DNA of 64,000 nucleotides from Escherichia coli (GTDB lineage Bacteria; Pseudomonadota; Gammaproteobacteria; Enterobacterales; Enterobacteriaceae): NCBI RefSeq assembly GCF_044647545.1, contig NZ_CP172818.1; one strand, 5' to 3'. Shown piece by piece: positions 8,774 to 20,278 of this stretch (position 1 is its first letter; each line of letters starts with the position of its first letter). The notes under the pieces were generated by a model. It saw only the letters and a program-made list of their open reading frames with translations, ran no database searches and was not told where the DNA came from. The position numbers and the translations under genes were made by a program.

Positions 8774-11053
8774 TTACAGCGGTTGGGTTTGCGCTTCAAC
8801 CACGGCCAGCGCCACCATGTTGACGATACGACGTACCGATGCGATCGGCGTTAACACGTGAACCGGCTTCGCCACGCCCATCAGCACCGGACCGACAGTC
8901 ACACCTTCCGAGCTGGAAACGCGCAGTAAGTTGTAACTAATGCGGGCAGCTTCCATGTTCGGCATCACCAGAATATTAGCGGAACCTTTCAAAGGGCTGT
9001 CCGGCATACGGTCGTTGCGAATCGCTTCCACCAGCGCTGCATCGCCGTGCATTTCACCATCAATCATCAGTTCTGGCGCACGTTCCCTGACCAGTTCCAG
9101 CGCCTGACGCATTTTGCTCGACGACGGGCAGTCAGAAGAACCAAAGTTGGAGTGCGACAACAGAGCCACACGCGGTTCAATACCAAAACGACGAACAGTT
9201 TCTGCCGCCATCAAGGTGATCTCCGCCAGCTCTTCTGCATCAGGCTCATCATTGACGTAGGTATCGGCAATAAAGGTGTTACCACTCGGCAACAGCAGCG
9301 CGTTCATGGCACCTGCGGTGTGAACGCCATCGCGATAACCAAAGACATTTTTCACCACGCTAAAGTGTTCATGATAATCGCCCACCGTACCGCAAATCAT
9401 TGCATCGGCTTCGCCACGCTGAACCATGATCGCGCCGATCACTGTCGGGTTACTGATCAGCGCACGCTGCGCCTGCTCCTGAGTGACACCGCGACGCTTC
9501 ATGATCTGGAAGTATTCGGTCCAGTACTCTTTAAAGCGCGGATCGGATTCGTTATTGACGATCTCAAAATCAACGCCCGCCTTGATCTGCAAGCCCAGTT
9601 TCTGAATGCGCATTTCGATCACGTTCGGACGACCAATAAGAATCGGTTTCGCCAGTCCCAGCGTTACCAGTTCCTGAGTGGCATGCAGAACGCGCGCCTC
9701 TTCCCCTTCCGGCAGAACGACGCGCTTCGGCGCTTTGCGAGCCTGGGAGAAAATCGGCTTCATAAACAGGTTGGTTTTGTAAACGAACTCTGTCAGCTTG
9801 TCGATGTAGACGTCGAAATCAGCAATCGGACGCGTCGCCACGCCCGACTCCATCGCCGCTTTAGCGACCGCAGGAGCGATCTTAACGATCAAACGCGGAT
9901 CAAACGGTTTTGGAATGATGTATTCCGGGCCGAAACTCAGATCTTGATCGCCATACGCCGAAGCAACGACTTCGCTCTGTTCCGCATGGGCCAGTTCTGC
10001 AATCGCGCGTACTGCCGCCAGTTTCATCTCTTCGTTGATGGCGGTTGCGCCAACGTCCAGCGCGCCACGGAAGATAAACGGGAAGCAAAGGACGTTGTTC
10101 ACCTGGTTCGGGTAGTCGGAACGGCCGGTACAGATGATGGCATCCGGACGCACTTCTTTCGCCAGCGGCGGCAGAATTTCCGGTTCCGGATTCGCCAGCG
10201 CCAGGATCATTGGTGCCCGAGCCATTTTCTTCACCATTTCCTGGGTCAGCACTTTCGGGCCGGAACAGCCGAGGAAAATATCCGCACCTTCAATCACATC
10301 ATCGAGGGTACGTTTGCCGTCATCCACCACCGCATATGCGGCTTTGGTTTCCGCCATATTTGGCTCACGGCCCTGATAGATAACGCCTTTTGAATCACAA
10401 ACCACGATGTTATGTTTTTGCAGCCCCAGCGCCACCAGCAGGTTCATACAGGCAATTGCTGCTGCACCCGCGCCGGAAACCACCATCCGCACGTCGGAGA
10501 TGTTTTTCTCCACCACGCGCAATCCGTTGAGGATGGCGGCAGTGCTGATAATTGCCGTGCCGTGCTGATCGTCGTGGAATACTGGAATATTCATCCGCTC
10601 GCGCAGTTTCTGTTCAATATAGAAACATTCTGGCGCTTTAATGTCTTCGAGGTTGATGCCGCCGAAGGTCGGTTCAAGCGCGGCGACGACTTCAATAAAT
10701 TTGTCCGGGTCGAGTTCATCAACTTCAATGTCAAATACATCAATCCCGGCGAATTTCTTAAACAGAACGCCCTTGCCTTCCATCACCGGTTTGCCTGCCA
10801 GCGCGCCAATGTTGCCTAACCCCAGCACCGCCGTACCGTTAGAGATCACCGCCACCAGGTTACCACGCGCGGTATATTTGTAGGCTTTTAACGGGTCTTT
10901 TTCGATTTCAAGACAAGGTGCGGCAACGCCTGGTGAGTAGGCCAGCGCCAGATCGCGCTGCGTTGCCAGAGGCTTGGTTGGAGAAACCTGGATTTTCCCT
11001 GGAACTGGAAATTCATGGAAATCAAGTGCACTTTGTTTTAACTGGTCATCCAT
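8774..11053 (-). CDS. maeB: NADP-dependent malic enzyme MaeB (malic enzyme + PTA-like domain)
   Basis: 759-aa ORF, malic enzyme N-terminal region and phosphotransacetylase-like C-terminal domain. Confidence 0.95.
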   Translation of the reverse strand: MDDQLKQSALDFHEFPVPGKIQVSPTKPLATQRDLALAYSPGVAAPCLEIEKDPLKAYKYTARGNLVAVISNGTAVLGLGNIGALAGKPVMEGKGVLFKKFAGIDVFDIEVDELDPDKFIEVVAALEPTFGGINLEDIKAPECFYIEQKLRERMNIPVFHDDQHGTAIISTAAILNGLRVVEKNISDVRMVVSGAGAAAIACMNLLVALGLQKHNIVVCDSKGVIYQGREPNMAETKAAYAVVDDGKRTLDDVIEGADIFLGCSGPKVLTQEMVKKMARAPMILALANPEPEILPPLAKEVRPDAIICTGRSDYPNQVNNVLCFPFIFRGALDVGATAINEEMKLAAVRAIAELAHAEQSEVVASAYGDQDLSFGPEYIIPKPFDPRLIVKIAPAVAKAAMESGVATRPIADFDVYIDKLTEFVYKTNLFMKPIFSQARKAPKRVVLPEGEEARVLHATQELVTLGLAKPILIGRPNVIEMRIQKLGLQIKAGVDFEIVNNESDPRFKEYWTEYFQIMKRRGVTQEQAQRALISNPTVIGAIMVQRGEADAMICGTVGDYHEHFSVVKNVFGYRDGVHTAGAMNALLLPSGNTFIADTYVNDEPDAEELAEITLMAAETVRRFGIEPRVALLSHSNFGSSDCPSSSKMRQALELVRERAPELMIDGEMHGDAALVEAIRNDRMPDSPLKGSANILVMPNMEAARISYNLLRVSSSEGVTVGPVLMGVAKPVHVLTPIASVRRIVNMVALAVVEAQTQPL

Positions 11054-11065
11054 TTGGTTGTTCCT

Positions 11066-11081
11066 TTCACGTAACGTTCAC
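11066..11081. promoter_or_regulatory. cre-tag-like direct repeat TTCAC-N6-TTCAC (candidate CreB site) in maeB-talA divergent region
   Basis: ttcac gtaacg ttcac read directly; talA is a reported CreBC regulon member (memory). Confidence 0.4.
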
Positions 11082-11341
11082 AAATAAAGTGTGTGGGCAA
11101 CAGCCCCTGCCCACAACGTGGCGCACATTATTACCCTGCCGGAGTCTACAGACTTTGAGCAAGTCCAAACTCTCACCATTAATATAATGTTTTGGTAATA
11201 ATCCTATAACACTGATGTTACCTGCTTAATCCAGCAATACCATGCCTGTCTGCTATGCTTTTTTGATGCGTTTAGCGAAATTTCTCAGAAGTGTGAATTA
11301 ACGCACTCATCTAACACTTTACTTTTCAAGGAGTATTTCCT

Positions 11342-12292
11342 ATGAACGAGTTAGACGGCATCAAACAGTTCACCACTGTCGTGGCAGACAGCGGCGATAT
11401 TGAGTCCATTCGCCATTATCATCCCCAGGATGCCACCACCAATCCTTCGCTGTTACTCAAGGCTGCCGGATTATCACAATATGAGCATTTAATAGACGAT
11501 GCTATCGCCTGGGGTAAAAAAAATGGCAAGACCCAGGAACAACAGGTGGTCGCTGCATGTGACAAACTGGCGGTCAATTTCGGTACTGAAATTCTCAAAA
11601 TCGTACCCGGTCGCGTGTCAACAGAAGTTGATGCACGCCTCTCTTTTGATAAAGAAAAGAGTATTGAGAAGGCGCGCCATCTGGTGGACTTGTATCAGCA
11701 ACAAGGCGTTGAGAAATCACGCATTTTGATCAAGCTGGCTTCAACCTGGGAAGGAATTCGCGCGGCAGAAGAGCTGGAAAAAGAAGGTATTAACTGCAAC
11801 CTGACGCTGCTGTTTTCTTTTGCTCAGGCGCGGGCCTGTGCAGAAGCAGGCGTTTTTCTGATTTCGCCGTTTGTCGGGCGTATTTATGACTGGTATCAGG
11901 CGCGTAAGCCGATGGACCCGTATGTGGTGGAAGAAGATCCGGGCGTTAAGTCAGTGCGCAATATCTACGACTACTATAAGCAACACCACTACGAAACCAT
12001 TGTAATGGGCGCGAGCTTCCGTCGCACCGAACAAATCCTCGCCTTAACCGGCTGCGACCGACTGACTATCGCACCGAATTTGCTGAAGGAGCTACAGGAA
12101 AAAGTTTCGCCAGTGGTACGTAAATTAATCCCATCTTCTCAGACGTTCCCACGCCCAGCTCCCATGAGCGAAGCGGAGTTCCGTTGGGAGCACAATCAGG
12201 ATGCGATGGCGGTAGAAAAACTGTCTGAAGGCATTCGTCTATTCGCCGTTGATCAACGCAAACTGGAAGATCTTCTTGCCGCCAAACTATAA
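11342..12292 (+). CDS. talA: transaldolase A
   Basis: 316-aa ORF, transaldolase family. Confidence 0.95.
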   Translation: MNELDGIKQFTTVVADSGDIESIRHYHPQDATTNPSLLLKAAGLSQYEHLIDDAIAWGKKNGKTQEQQVVAACDKLAVNFGTEILKIVPGRVSTEVDARLSFDKEKSIEKARHLVDLYQQQGVEKSRILIKLASTWEGIRAAEELEKEGINCNLTLLFSFAQARACAEAGVFLISPFVGRIYDWYQARKPMDPYVVEEDPGVKSVRNIYDYYKQHHYETIVMGASFRRTEQILALTGCDRLTIAPNLLKELQEKVSPVVRKLIPSSQTFPRPAPMSEAEFRWEHNQDAMAVEKLSEGIRLFAVDQRKLEDLLAAKL

Positions 12293-12311
12293 ACCAGCCA
12301 CGGAGTGTTAT

Positions 12312-14315
12312 ATGTCCCGAAAAGACCTTGCCAATGCGATTCGCGCACTCAGTATGGATGCGGTGCAAAAAGCCAATTCTGGTCATCCCGGCGCGCCGAT
12401 GGGCATGGCCGATATTGCCGAAGTGCTGTGGAACGATTTTCTTAAACATAACCCTACCGACCCAACCTGGTATGATCGCGACCGCTTTATTCTTTCCAAC
12501 GGTCACGCGTCGATGCTGCTCTACAGTTTGCTGCATCTGACCGGTTACGACCTGCCGCTGGAAGAACTGAAGAACTTCCGTCAGTTGCATTCGAAAACCC
12601 CAGGCCACCCGGAAATCGGCTATACGCCTGGTGTTGAAACCACCACCGGTCCACTTGGACAAGGTTTGGCGAACGCCGTCGGGCTGGCGATAGCAGAGCG
12701 TACGCTGGCGGCGCAGTTTAACCAGCCAGATCATGAAATTGTCGATCACTTCACCTATGTGTTTATGGGCGACGGCTGCCTGATGGAAGGTATTTCCCAC
12801 GAAGTCTGTTCGCTGGCGGGCACGCTGGGACTGGGCAAGCTGATTGGTTTTTACGATCACAACGGTATTTCCATCGACGGTGAAACCGAAGGCTGGTTTA
12901 CCGACGATACAGCAAAACGTTTTGAAGCCTATCACTGGCATGTGATCCACGAGATCGACGGTCACGATCCGCAGGCGGTGAAGGAAGCGATCCTTGAAGC
13001 GCAAAGCGTGAAAGATAAGCCGTCGCTGATTATCTGCCGTACGGTGATTGGCTTTGGTTCGCCGAATAAAGCAGGTAAGGAAGAGGCGCACGGCGCACCA
13101 CTGGGGGAAGAAGAAGTGGCGCTGGCACGGCAAAAACTGGGCTGGCACCATCCGCCATTTGAGATCCCTAAAGAGATTTATCACGCCTGGGATGCCCGCG
13201 AAAAAGGCGAAAAAGCGCAGCAGAGCTGGAATGAGAAGTTTGCCGCCTATAAAAAGGCTCATCCGCAACTGGCAGAAGAGTTTACCCGTCGGATGAGCGG
13301 TGGTTTACCGAAGGACTGGGAGAAAACGACTCAGAAATATATCAATGAGTTGCAGGCGAATCCGGCGAAAATCGCTACCCGTAAGGCTTCGCAAAATACG
13401 CTTAACGCTTACGGGCCTATGCTACCGGAGCTGCTCGGCGGTTCGGCGGATCTGGCTCCCAGCAACCTGACCATCTGGAAAGGTTCTGTGTCGCTGAAGG
13501 AGGATCCGGCGGGCAACTACATTCACTACGGGGTGCGGGAATTTGGCATGACCGCTATCGCCAACGGCATTGCGCACCACGGCGGCTTTGTGCCGTATAC
13601 CGCGACATTCCTGATGTTTGTTGAATACGCCCGTAACGCCGCGCGGATGGCGGCACTGATGAAAGCGCGGCAGATTATGGTTTATACCCACGACTCAATT
13701 GGCCTGGGCGAAGATGGTCCTACGCACCAGGCTGTTGAGCAACTGGCCAGTCTGCGCTTAACGCCAAATTTCAGCACCTGGCGACCGTGCGATCAGGTGG
13801 AAGCAGCGGTGGGCTGGAAGCTGGCGGTTGAGCGCCACAACGGACCGACGGCACTGATCCTCTCCAGGCAGAATCTGGCCCAGGTGGAACGTACGCCGGA
13901 TCAGGTTAAAGAGATTGCTCGTGGCGGTTATGTACTGAAAGACAGCGGCGGTAAGCCAGATATTATTTTGATTGCCACCGGTTCAGAGATGGAAATCACC
14001 CTGCAAGCGGCAGAGAAATTAGCGGGAGAAGGTCGCAATGTACGCGTAGTTTCCCTGCCCTCGACCGATATTTTCGACGCCCAGGATGAGGAATATCGGG
14101 AGTCGGTGTTGCCTTCTAACGTTGCGGCTCGCGTAGCGGTGGAAGCAGGCATCGCCGATTACTGGTACAAGTATGTTGGTCTGAAAGGGGCAATTGTCGG
14201 GATGACAGGTTATGGGGAATCTGCTCCGGCGGATAAGCTGTTCCCGTTCTTTGGCTTTACCGCCGAGAATATTGTGGCAAAAGCGCATAAGGTGCTGGGA
14301 GTGAAAGGTGCCTGA
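12312..14315 (+). CDS. tktB: transketolase 2
   Basis: ATG at 12312 gives 667 aa [13 protein letters not shown]...; the track ORF starts 21 codons upstream. Confidence 0.93.
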   Translation: MSRKDLANAIRALSMDAVQKANSGHPGAPMGMADIAEVLWNDFLKHNPTDPTWYDRDRFILSNGHASMLLYSLLHLTGYDLPLEELKNFRQLHSKTPGHPEIGYTPGVETTTGPLGQGLANAVGLAIAERTLAAQFNQPDHEIVDHFTYVFMGDGCLMEGISHEVCSLAGTLGLGKLIGFYDHNGISIDGETEGWFTDDTAKRFEAYHWHVIHEIDGHDPQAVKEAILEAQSVKDKPSLIICRTVIGFGSPNKAGKEEAHGAPLGEEEVALARQKLGWHHPPFEIPKEIYHAWDAREKGEKAQQSWNEKFAAYKKAHPQLAEEFTRRMSGGLPKDWEKTTQKYINELQANPAKIATRKASQNTLNAYGPMLPELLGGSADLAPSNLTIWKGSVSLKEDPAGNYIHYGVREFGMTAIANGIAHHGGFVPYTATFLMFVEYARNAARMAALMKARQIMVYTHDSIGLGEDGPTHQAVEQLASLRLTPNFSTWRPCDQVEAAVGWKLAVERHNGPTALILSRQNLAQVERTPDQVKEIARGGYVLKDSGGKPDIILIATGSEMEITLQAAEKLAGEGRNVRVVSLPSTDIFDAQDEEYRESVLPSNVAARVAVEAGIADYWYKYVGLKGAIVGMTGYGESAPADKLFPFFGFTAENIVAKAHKVLGVKGA

Positions 14316-14353
14316 TGGTGATCGCCGGATGCTGTATGTTCCCCTCACCCTAA

Positions 14354-14395
14354 CCCTCTCCCCAGAGGGGCGAGGGGACGGTCCGTGCGCTTTTT
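14354..14395 (+). terminator. GC-rich imperfect palindrome followed by T5 downstream of tktB (candidate terminator / intergenic repeat)
   Basis: ccctctcccc aga ggggcgaggg (10-bp stem, 1 mismatch) then ...gcgcttttt. Confidence 0.3.
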
Positions 14396-14417
14396 AGGGC
14401 CGCATCTGCGATTTTGT

Positions 14418-15461
14418 TTAACGGGTGATCCACAACGTGGGCCAGGCGTCTGGCCCATGCCAGTTATCGCAGGTGGGTTCTGCGGCGTAACGCACCAGGC
14501 GAAAACGCTGACCGTCAAAGCGCCAGCGCGCCTGAATGCCACAATCGCTTAATCCGCGCCCTTTCGCTAAGGTCACCAGTTCACGCGATTTTTCATCGAA
14601 TGTTGCGTTCATCAGTTCCAGTTCATTCGTCTCCTGACCGTTGTTGAACGGCAAACGCAACCGAACCGGGCGCGAGGCTAGCGGCTTTTTACGCGACACA
14701 ATCCATGCCAAATCAATGGTGTTATAGGCCCCTGCCTCACAGCTAATCATCATCAGTGCTTTATCATCGGTCAGCGCAGTGACATTCACCTCACGACGTA
14801 ACGGATCAAGCGAGCAGCGCAGACCATTCATCCGCCAGTTTCCATAATCCAGCAAATCGTTGCGTTCTTCGAGTGAGAGTGGCGTCGGCGTTGGGTTAAC
14901 CACCGCGACCTCTTTCAGCGCAGGCGCAGGCGGTACGCTGAGCGGCGGTTCGTCCCCTTTCTTTATCCACGCGGTTTCACTGCCAACGCGCTTTTGCTGA
15001 GCATCAATAAACAACAACGCCGCTTTTAAGCCATTCAGAGAAATGGTCTGATTGCCATCGCGTAAGGTGATTGCCTTCCCTTCCTGAATCAGCTGCAAAA
15101 ACGCGGTGATGGTTGCCGTATCATCGGTTACTAGTAACCATGGTGAAATTCGCCACTTGTCACCACTTAACGCCAACGGCTCACCATCTAACAGCAGCCG
15201 TGGCGCTATCTCCCCTTCAGACGCATCCGGCGACTTCAACCCGCCGCGCTCAATACGTAAAACGGCATCGGTATGCGCCCCGGCGCTGCGGCTCAGGGTC
15301 ATCACCAGTCCATTATGATCGCCCGTATTGCGCGCTACACAGAAATTTTGGTTATTACAGGTAACCTGCCAGTCGGAAAACGCCCGTTGCGCTGGTGCCG
15401 CCCACACCAAAGACGTCGGCAACAAAGCGAAAAAAAAGAGAAGGAAAATGCGATAGCGCAT
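14418..15461 (-). CDS. ypfG: DUF1176 periplasmic protein YpfG
   Basis: 347-aa ORF with N-terminal signal peptide (MRYRIFLLFFFALLPTSLVWA). Confidence 0.9.
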   Translation of the reverse strand: MRYRIFLLFFFALLPTSLVWAAPAQRAFSDWQVTCNNQNFCVARNTGDHNGLVMTLSRSAGAHTDAVLRIERGGLKSPDASEGEIAPRLLLDGEPLALSGDKWRISPWLLVTDDTATITAFLQLIQEGKAITLRDGNQTISLNGLKAALLFIDAQQKRVGSETAWIKKGDEPPLSVPPAPALKEVAVVNPTPTPLSLEERNDLLDYGNWRMNGLRCSLDPLRREVNVTALTDDKALMMISCEAGAYNTIDLAWIVSRKKPLASRPVRLRLPFNNGQETNELELMNATFDEKSRELVTLAKGRGLSDCGIQARWRFDGQRFRLVRYAAEPTCDNWHGPDAWPTLWITR

Positions 15462-15586
15462 GGACGGTACGACCCCAGAAGTTCAAACAAACAGCACAAG
15501 TCGTATCTTCGTTGCGCAGGTAGCGCGGCTCAATCGGATTTGTCGGATTGAGCCAATAATAAACAACGAAATATTATTGTTATTTT

Positions 15587-16162
15587 TCAGTCCATTAAAT
15601 GTGACGTTTGCAAATAGTTAAGCAATAACACCGTCTTACCGTCACGTATCTCGCCGGTTTTGATCATCTCCAGCGCCTGGCTGAACGGCAGCTCGAGCAC
15701 TTCAATATCTTCATCTTCGACACCACCGCCCGCGTTAGCGCGCTGGCTGTCACTGTATTCGGCGATAAAAAAGTGGATTAGCTCAGTCACACCGCCAGGC
15801 GACATATACAGTTCAAATAATTTGCGCACTTCGCCCACTTCATAGCCCGTCTCTTCAATCGCTTCTTTGCGAATGCACACTTCCGGTTCGTCGTTATCCA
15901 GCAGCCCGGCGCAGGTTTCAATCAGCTGCCCGCTTTCATTGCCATTAACCCAGGTAGCGACACGGAACTGACGAATCAGAACCACGGTCTTTTTCTTCGC
16001 GTTGTACAGGAGGATCGTCGCACCATTACCGCGATCGTAAACTTCACGTTTATGGCGGATAACTTCGCCATCTTTGCGCGTGAGATCGTAAGTAATGTTG
16101 TGCAGGGTGAAATAGTTATCGGAGAGAATTTTGTCTTTAATGAGGGTGATTTGTTGCGTCAT
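15587..16162 (-). CDS. nudK: GDP-mannose pyrophosphatase NudK (Nudix hydrolase)
   Basis: ATG at 16162 gives 191 aa; Nudix box [22 protein letters not shown]. Confidence 0.9.
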   Translation of the reverse strand: MTQQITLIKDKILSDNYFTLHNITYDLTRKDGEVIRHKREVYDRGNGATILLYNAKKKTVVLIRQFRVATWVNGNESGQLIETCAGLLDNDEPEVCIRKEAIEETGYEVGEVRKLFELYMSPGGVTELIHFFIAEYSDSQRANAGGGVEDEDIEVLELPFSQALEMIKTGEIRDGKTVLLLNYLQTSHLMD

Positions 16163-16229
16163 ACCGACTCCACAGCGCGAAATGAACAATTATCTTACGC
16201 TGTGAAGTCGGGTTTGTCTGCGCAGGCTA

Positions 16230-18209
16230 TCAGTGAGATTTGACTGATTTTACCCCCAGCCAGTCAATAATCCCCTGTGCCGCATGACGTCCTTCTGCCA
16301 TTGCGGTAACCACCAGATCCGCACCACGCACGGCGTCACCACCGGCGAAGATTTTCGGATTGGTGGTCTGGTAACGGTACTGGCTTTCCACATCCGCGAT
16401 GATGCGGCCCCATTTGTCTACCGTTACACCGTGCGACTCCAGCCACGGCATCCCGTGTGGATTGAAGCCAAACGCCATAATCACCGCGTCGGCTGGCATG
16501 ACAAATTCACTGCCTTCCACCGGCACTGGACGCCGACGCCCCTGGGCATCCGGCTCGCCAAGACTCGTACGCAGGAAACGAATTCCGCAAACGTGACCTT
16601 GTTCATTCAGCTCAAGCGCCACCGGCTGGACGTTAAATTCGAAGTTGGCCCCCTCTTCGCGGGCGTTCTTCACCTCTTTCTTCGAGCCTGGCATGTTAGC
16701 TTCATCACGACGATAAGCGCAGGTGACGTTACTCGCGCCGTGGCGCAGCGCGGTACGCACACAGTCCATCGCGGTGTCGCCGCCGCCCAGTACCACGACG
16801 TTGAGTCCGGCGGTATTGATAAACGGCTCTTCCGGTAGCTCTTCGAGTCCCATCACCTGTTTAGTGTTGGCGATGAGGAACGGCAGGGCGTCATAAACGC
16901 CCGGCGCATCTTCATTGGGTAAACCCGCTTTCATGGAACGGTAAGTGCCTACGCCAACGAAGACCGCGTCGTATTGTTCCAAAAGCGAATCCAAAGAGAC
17001 ATCTTTACCCACTTCACAATTGAGTTCGAAGTGAATCCCCATCGCGCTGAAGATTTCCCGACGGCGTGCCAGCAGGGATTTATCCAGTTTGAAAGAAGGA
17101 ATGCCGAAAGTGAGCAAGCCACCGATTTCTGGATGGCGATCGTACACCGTCACCTCTACGCCATTGCGGGTCAGAACATCCGCACAGGCCAGCCCTGCCG
17201 GACCCGCACCGATAATCGCCACTCGCTTGTCCACTTTGGTGACATGACTTAAGTCAGAACGCCAACCTTTCGCCAACGCCTGATCTGAAATGTAGCGTTC
17301 AATGTTGCCGATAGTTACTGCGCCGTGCTCATCGCGAATAGTACAGGCACCTTCACACAAACGGTCTTGCGGGCAAACGCGTCCGGTAATTTCCGGCAGG
17401 GTGTTGGTCTGGTGAGAAAGCTCGACGGCGGCGTCGATGTTTCCGGCTTTCACCAGTTCAATCCACTGCGGTATATGGTTATGCAGCGGGCAGGTCCATT
17501 CACAAACGCTGTGCTCGCCGCACTTAAGGCAGCGCGAGGCTTCCCGTTGTGCCTGATCGGCACGGAATGGCAGATAAATTTCATCAAAACCGGTTTTGCG
17601 CGCTTCAATCGCCAGTTTGTCCGGCTCGCCACGCGCGGGCGTTGCCTGCATTTGCTCGACTTTACTCATTACCGGCATTTCTTGTGCCGCGGTACTGGCA
17701 TGCCACGGTTGATGTTCCTGACGTGCTGTGCGCAAGCGGCGGGATTTCGCTATGCCGGAGAGTGCGGCATCAGTGACCAGTTGCAGCGCGTCTGCCGGGC
17801 AATTCTCGACACAGGCAGGACCGTTTTCGCGCCCTGCACAAAGGTCGCATTTATGCGCCGTGGCTTTAACTTTGCCAGCCGCAACGGGTGTCAGGACGAT
17901 TTGCATCGTACCAAATGGACAGGCCACCACGCAGGATTTACAGCCAATACACTTTTGCTGATTGACCTGAATGCTGTCATCAACGTGGCTGATTGCGCCA
18001 TTAGGGCAGCTACGGGCGCAGGGCGCATCTTCACAATGGTGACAGGTCACTGCACTACGTTGCTGCTGATGTTTGATAACCGTAATTCGGGGATGAAAAT
18101 GGCGTTGGCTCAGGACATGTTGCTCGTCATTGTGAGCCATGACACAGGCGATTTCACAAGCATGACAACCCAGACATTGCTGACTGTTGGCCATAATAAA
18201 ACGATTCAT
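16230..18209 (-). CDS. aegA: AegA, fused multi-[4Fe-4S] ferredoxin / GltD-like NAD(P)H flavin oxidoreductase
   Basis: 659-aa ORF; several CxxCxxCxxxCP clusters plus dinucleotide-binding VAIIGAGPAGLA. Confidence 0.93.
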   Translation of the reverse strand: MNRFIMANSQQCLGCHACEIACVMAHNDEQHVLSQRHFHPRITVIKHQQQRSAVTCHHCEDAPCARSCPNGAISHVDDSIQVNQQKCIGCKSCVVACPFGTMQIVLTPVAAGKVKATAHKCDLCAGRENGPACVENCPADALQLVTDAALSGIAKSRRLRTARQEHQPWHASTAAQEMPVMSKVEQMQATPARGEPDKLAIEARKTGFDEIYLPFRADQAQREASRCLKCGEHSVCEWTCPLHNHIPQWIELVKAGNIDAAVELSHQTNTLPEITGRVCPQDRLCEGACTIRDEHGAVTIGNIERYISDQALAKGWRSDLSHVTKVDKRVAIIGAGPAGLACADVLTRNGVEVTVYDRHPEIGGLLTFGIPSFKLDKSLLARRREIFSAMGIHFELNCEVGKDVSLDSLLEQYDAVFVGVGTYRSMKAGLPNEDAPGVYDALPFLIANTKQVMGLEELPEEPFINTAGLNVVVLGGGDTAMDCVRTALRHGASNVTCAYRRDEANMPGSKKEVKNAREEGANFEFNVQPVALELNEQGHVCGIRFLRTSLGEPDAQGRRRPVPVEGSEFVMPADAVIMAFGFNPHGMPWLESHGVTVDKWGRIIADVESQYRYQTTNPKIFAGGDAVRGADLVVTAMAEGRHAAQGIIDWLGVKSVKSH

Positions 18210-18414
18210 AACGACCTTCTTTTTTGGTTGTAAAAACCTTATTCTTTATATGAGTGTTGTTATTACCCGACTTACAGGGGAATCGGCAATGTTCATGTGC
18301 CCAGAATAAGTAACTATTTCGCTATAAACTGTGGCAGATCAAATAATCCCATCACTGACTAAATTGCGTTTCAGCGAACTGGAACATTAATGATTTTTTG
18401 TGGAGAAGACGCGT

Positions 18415-20115
18415 GTGATTGTTAAACGACCCGTCTCGGCCAGTCTGGCCCGGGCCTTTTTTTACATTGTGCTGCTGTCGATTCTTTCCACGGGTATCGC
18501 TCTGCTAACGCTGGCGAGCAGTTTACGCGACGCTGAGGCTATCAATATTGCCGGATCGCTGCGTATGCAGAGTTACCGCCTGGGCTACGACTTGCAAAGT
18601 GGCAGTCCACAACTCAATGCACATCGCCAGTTATTTCAGCAGGCACTGCATTCACCGGTATTAACCAATCTCAACGTCTGGTATGTGCCAGAGGCAGTAA
18701 AAACCCGCTATGCGCATCTGAATGCCAACTGGCTGGAGATGAATAATCGGCTCAGCAAGGGCGACTTGCCGTGGTATCAGGCCAATATTAATAATTATGT
18801 TAATCAGATAGACCTGTTCGTGCTGGCTTTACAGCACTACGCTGAACGCAAAATGCTGCTGGTGGTGGCAATTTCCCTGGCTGGCGGCATCGGTATTTTC
18901 ACGCTGGTCTTTTTTACTTTGCGCCGCATACGCCATCAGGTGGTTGCCCCGCTGAATCAGCTGGTTACCGCCAGTCAGCGTATTGAACACGGGCAGTTCG
19001 ACTCGCCACCGCTGGATACCAGCCTGCCGAATGAGCTTGGCCTGCTTGCAAAAACCTTTAACCAGATGTCGAGCGAGCTACATAAATTGTACCGTTCGCT
19101 GGAGGCGTCAGTAGAAGAAAAGACCCGCGATCTCCACGAGGCCAAGCGTCGTCTGGAGGTGTTGTATCAGTGTTCGCAGGCGCTGAACACCAGCCAGATT
19201 GATGTGCATTGTTTCCGCCATATTTTGCAGATTGTTCGCGACAATGAAGCGGCTGAATATCTGGAGTTAAATGTCGGTGACAACTGGCGGATTAGCGAAG
19301 GGCAGCCAAACCCGGAATTGCCGATGCAGATTTTACCGGTGACAATGCAAGAGACGGTTTACGGCGAACTGCACTGGCAAAATAGTCACGTTTCATCATC
19401 AGAACCGCTGCTTAACAGCGTTTCGTCGATGCTGGGACGCGGTTTGTACTTTAATCAGGCGCAGAAGCATTTTCAGCAGTTATTGTTGATGGAAGAACGT
19501 GCGACCATCGCCCGCGAATTGCACGACTCGCTGGCTCAGGTACTTTCTTACTTACGTATCCAGTTGACGTTACTGAAGCGTTCGATACCGGAAGATAACG
19601 CCACCGCACAAAGTATCATGGCCGATTTTTCCCAGGCGTTGAATGATGCTTATCGGCAGTTACGCGAGCTGTTGACTACTTTCCGCCTGACGCTACAGCA
19701 GGCGGATCTCCCCTCCGCGTTGAGGGAAATGCTGGATACGTTACAAAATCAAACCAGCGCCAAACTGACCCTCGACTGCCGTCTGCCAACCCTGGCGCTG
19801 GATGCGCAAATGCAGGTGCATTTGTTGCAAATTATTCGCGAAGCGGTGCTGAATGCGATGAAGCACGCCAACGCCAGCGAAATCGCCGTTAGCTGCGTCA
19901 CAGCGCCGGATGGCAATCACACAGTCTATATTCGCGACAACGGGATTGGCATCGGTGAACCGAAAGAACCCGAAGGCCATTATGGTCTGAATATCATGCG
20001 CGAACGCGCGGAAAGATTGGGTGGGACGCTGACTTTTTCGCAACCTTCCGGCGGCGGCACGTTAGTGAGTATTAGCTTTCGCTCTGCGGAGGGTGAGGAA
20101 AGTCAGCTGATGTAA
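18415..20115 (+). CDS. narQ: nitrate/nitrite sensor histidine kinase NarQ
   Basis: GTG at 18415 gives 566 aa MIVKRPVSASLARAFFYIV...; HAMP and HisKA_3 (ELHDSLAQ) regions. Confidence 0.9.
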   Translation: MIVKRPVSASLARAFFYIVLLSILSTGIALLTLASSLRDAEAINIAGSLRMQSYRLGYDLQSGSPQLNAHRQLFQQALHSPVLTNLNVWYVPEAVKTRYAHLNANWLEMNNRLSKGDLPWYQANINNYVNQIDLFVLALQHYAERKMLLVVAISLAGGIGIFTLVFFTLRRIRHQVVAPLNQLVTASQRIEHGQFDSPPLDTSLPNELGLLAKTFNQMSSELHKLYRSLEASVEEKTRDLHEAKRRLEVLYQCSQALNTSQIDVHCFRHILQIVRDNEAAEYLELNVGDNWRISEGQPNPELPMQILPVTMQETVYGELHWQNSHVSSSEPLLNSVSSMLGRGLYFNQAQKHFQQLLLMEERATIARELHDSLAQVLSYLRIQLTLLKRSIPEDNATAQSIMADFSQALNDAYRQLRELLTTFRLTLQQADLPSALREMLDTLQNQTSAKLTLDCRLPTLALDAQMQVHLLQIIREAVLNAMKHANASEIAVSCVTAPDGNHTVYIRDNGIGIGEPKEPEGHYGLNIMRERAERLGGTLTFSQPSGGGTLVSISFRSAEGEESQLM

Positions 20116-20190
20116 TGCCTCTTATTGACCAAAGAATAGTGGCACTTAAGGTTCAGTATAAAAGGGCATGATAATTTACATTAACTCCTT

Positions 20191-20208
20191 TTTTTCTCCA
20201 CGATTGGC
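20191..20208 (+). promoter_or_regulatory. BaeR box upstream of acrD
   Basis: tttttctccacgattggc versus remembered BaeR consensus TTTTTCTCCATDATTGGC (17/18); about 70 bp upstream of acrD start. Confidence 0.5.
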
Positions 20209-20278
20209 TCGTACCTTGCCGCTACAGTGAAGCAAGTCAAGCCTACAACGATACGCAGAAACACGAGGTCCTCTTTTA

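Noticed and set aside
9047-10393. 448-aa + strand ORF antisense to maeB
   Set aside because: Shadow ORF on the opposite strand of a well-supported gene; product is low-complexity and Arg-rich.
12066-13268. 400-aa minus-strand ORF antisense to talA/tktB
   Set aside because: Shadow ORF opposite two well-supported genes; no RBS or family resemblance.
17325-18233. 302-aa + strand ORF antisense to aegA
   Set aside because: Shadow ORF opposite a well-supported gene.
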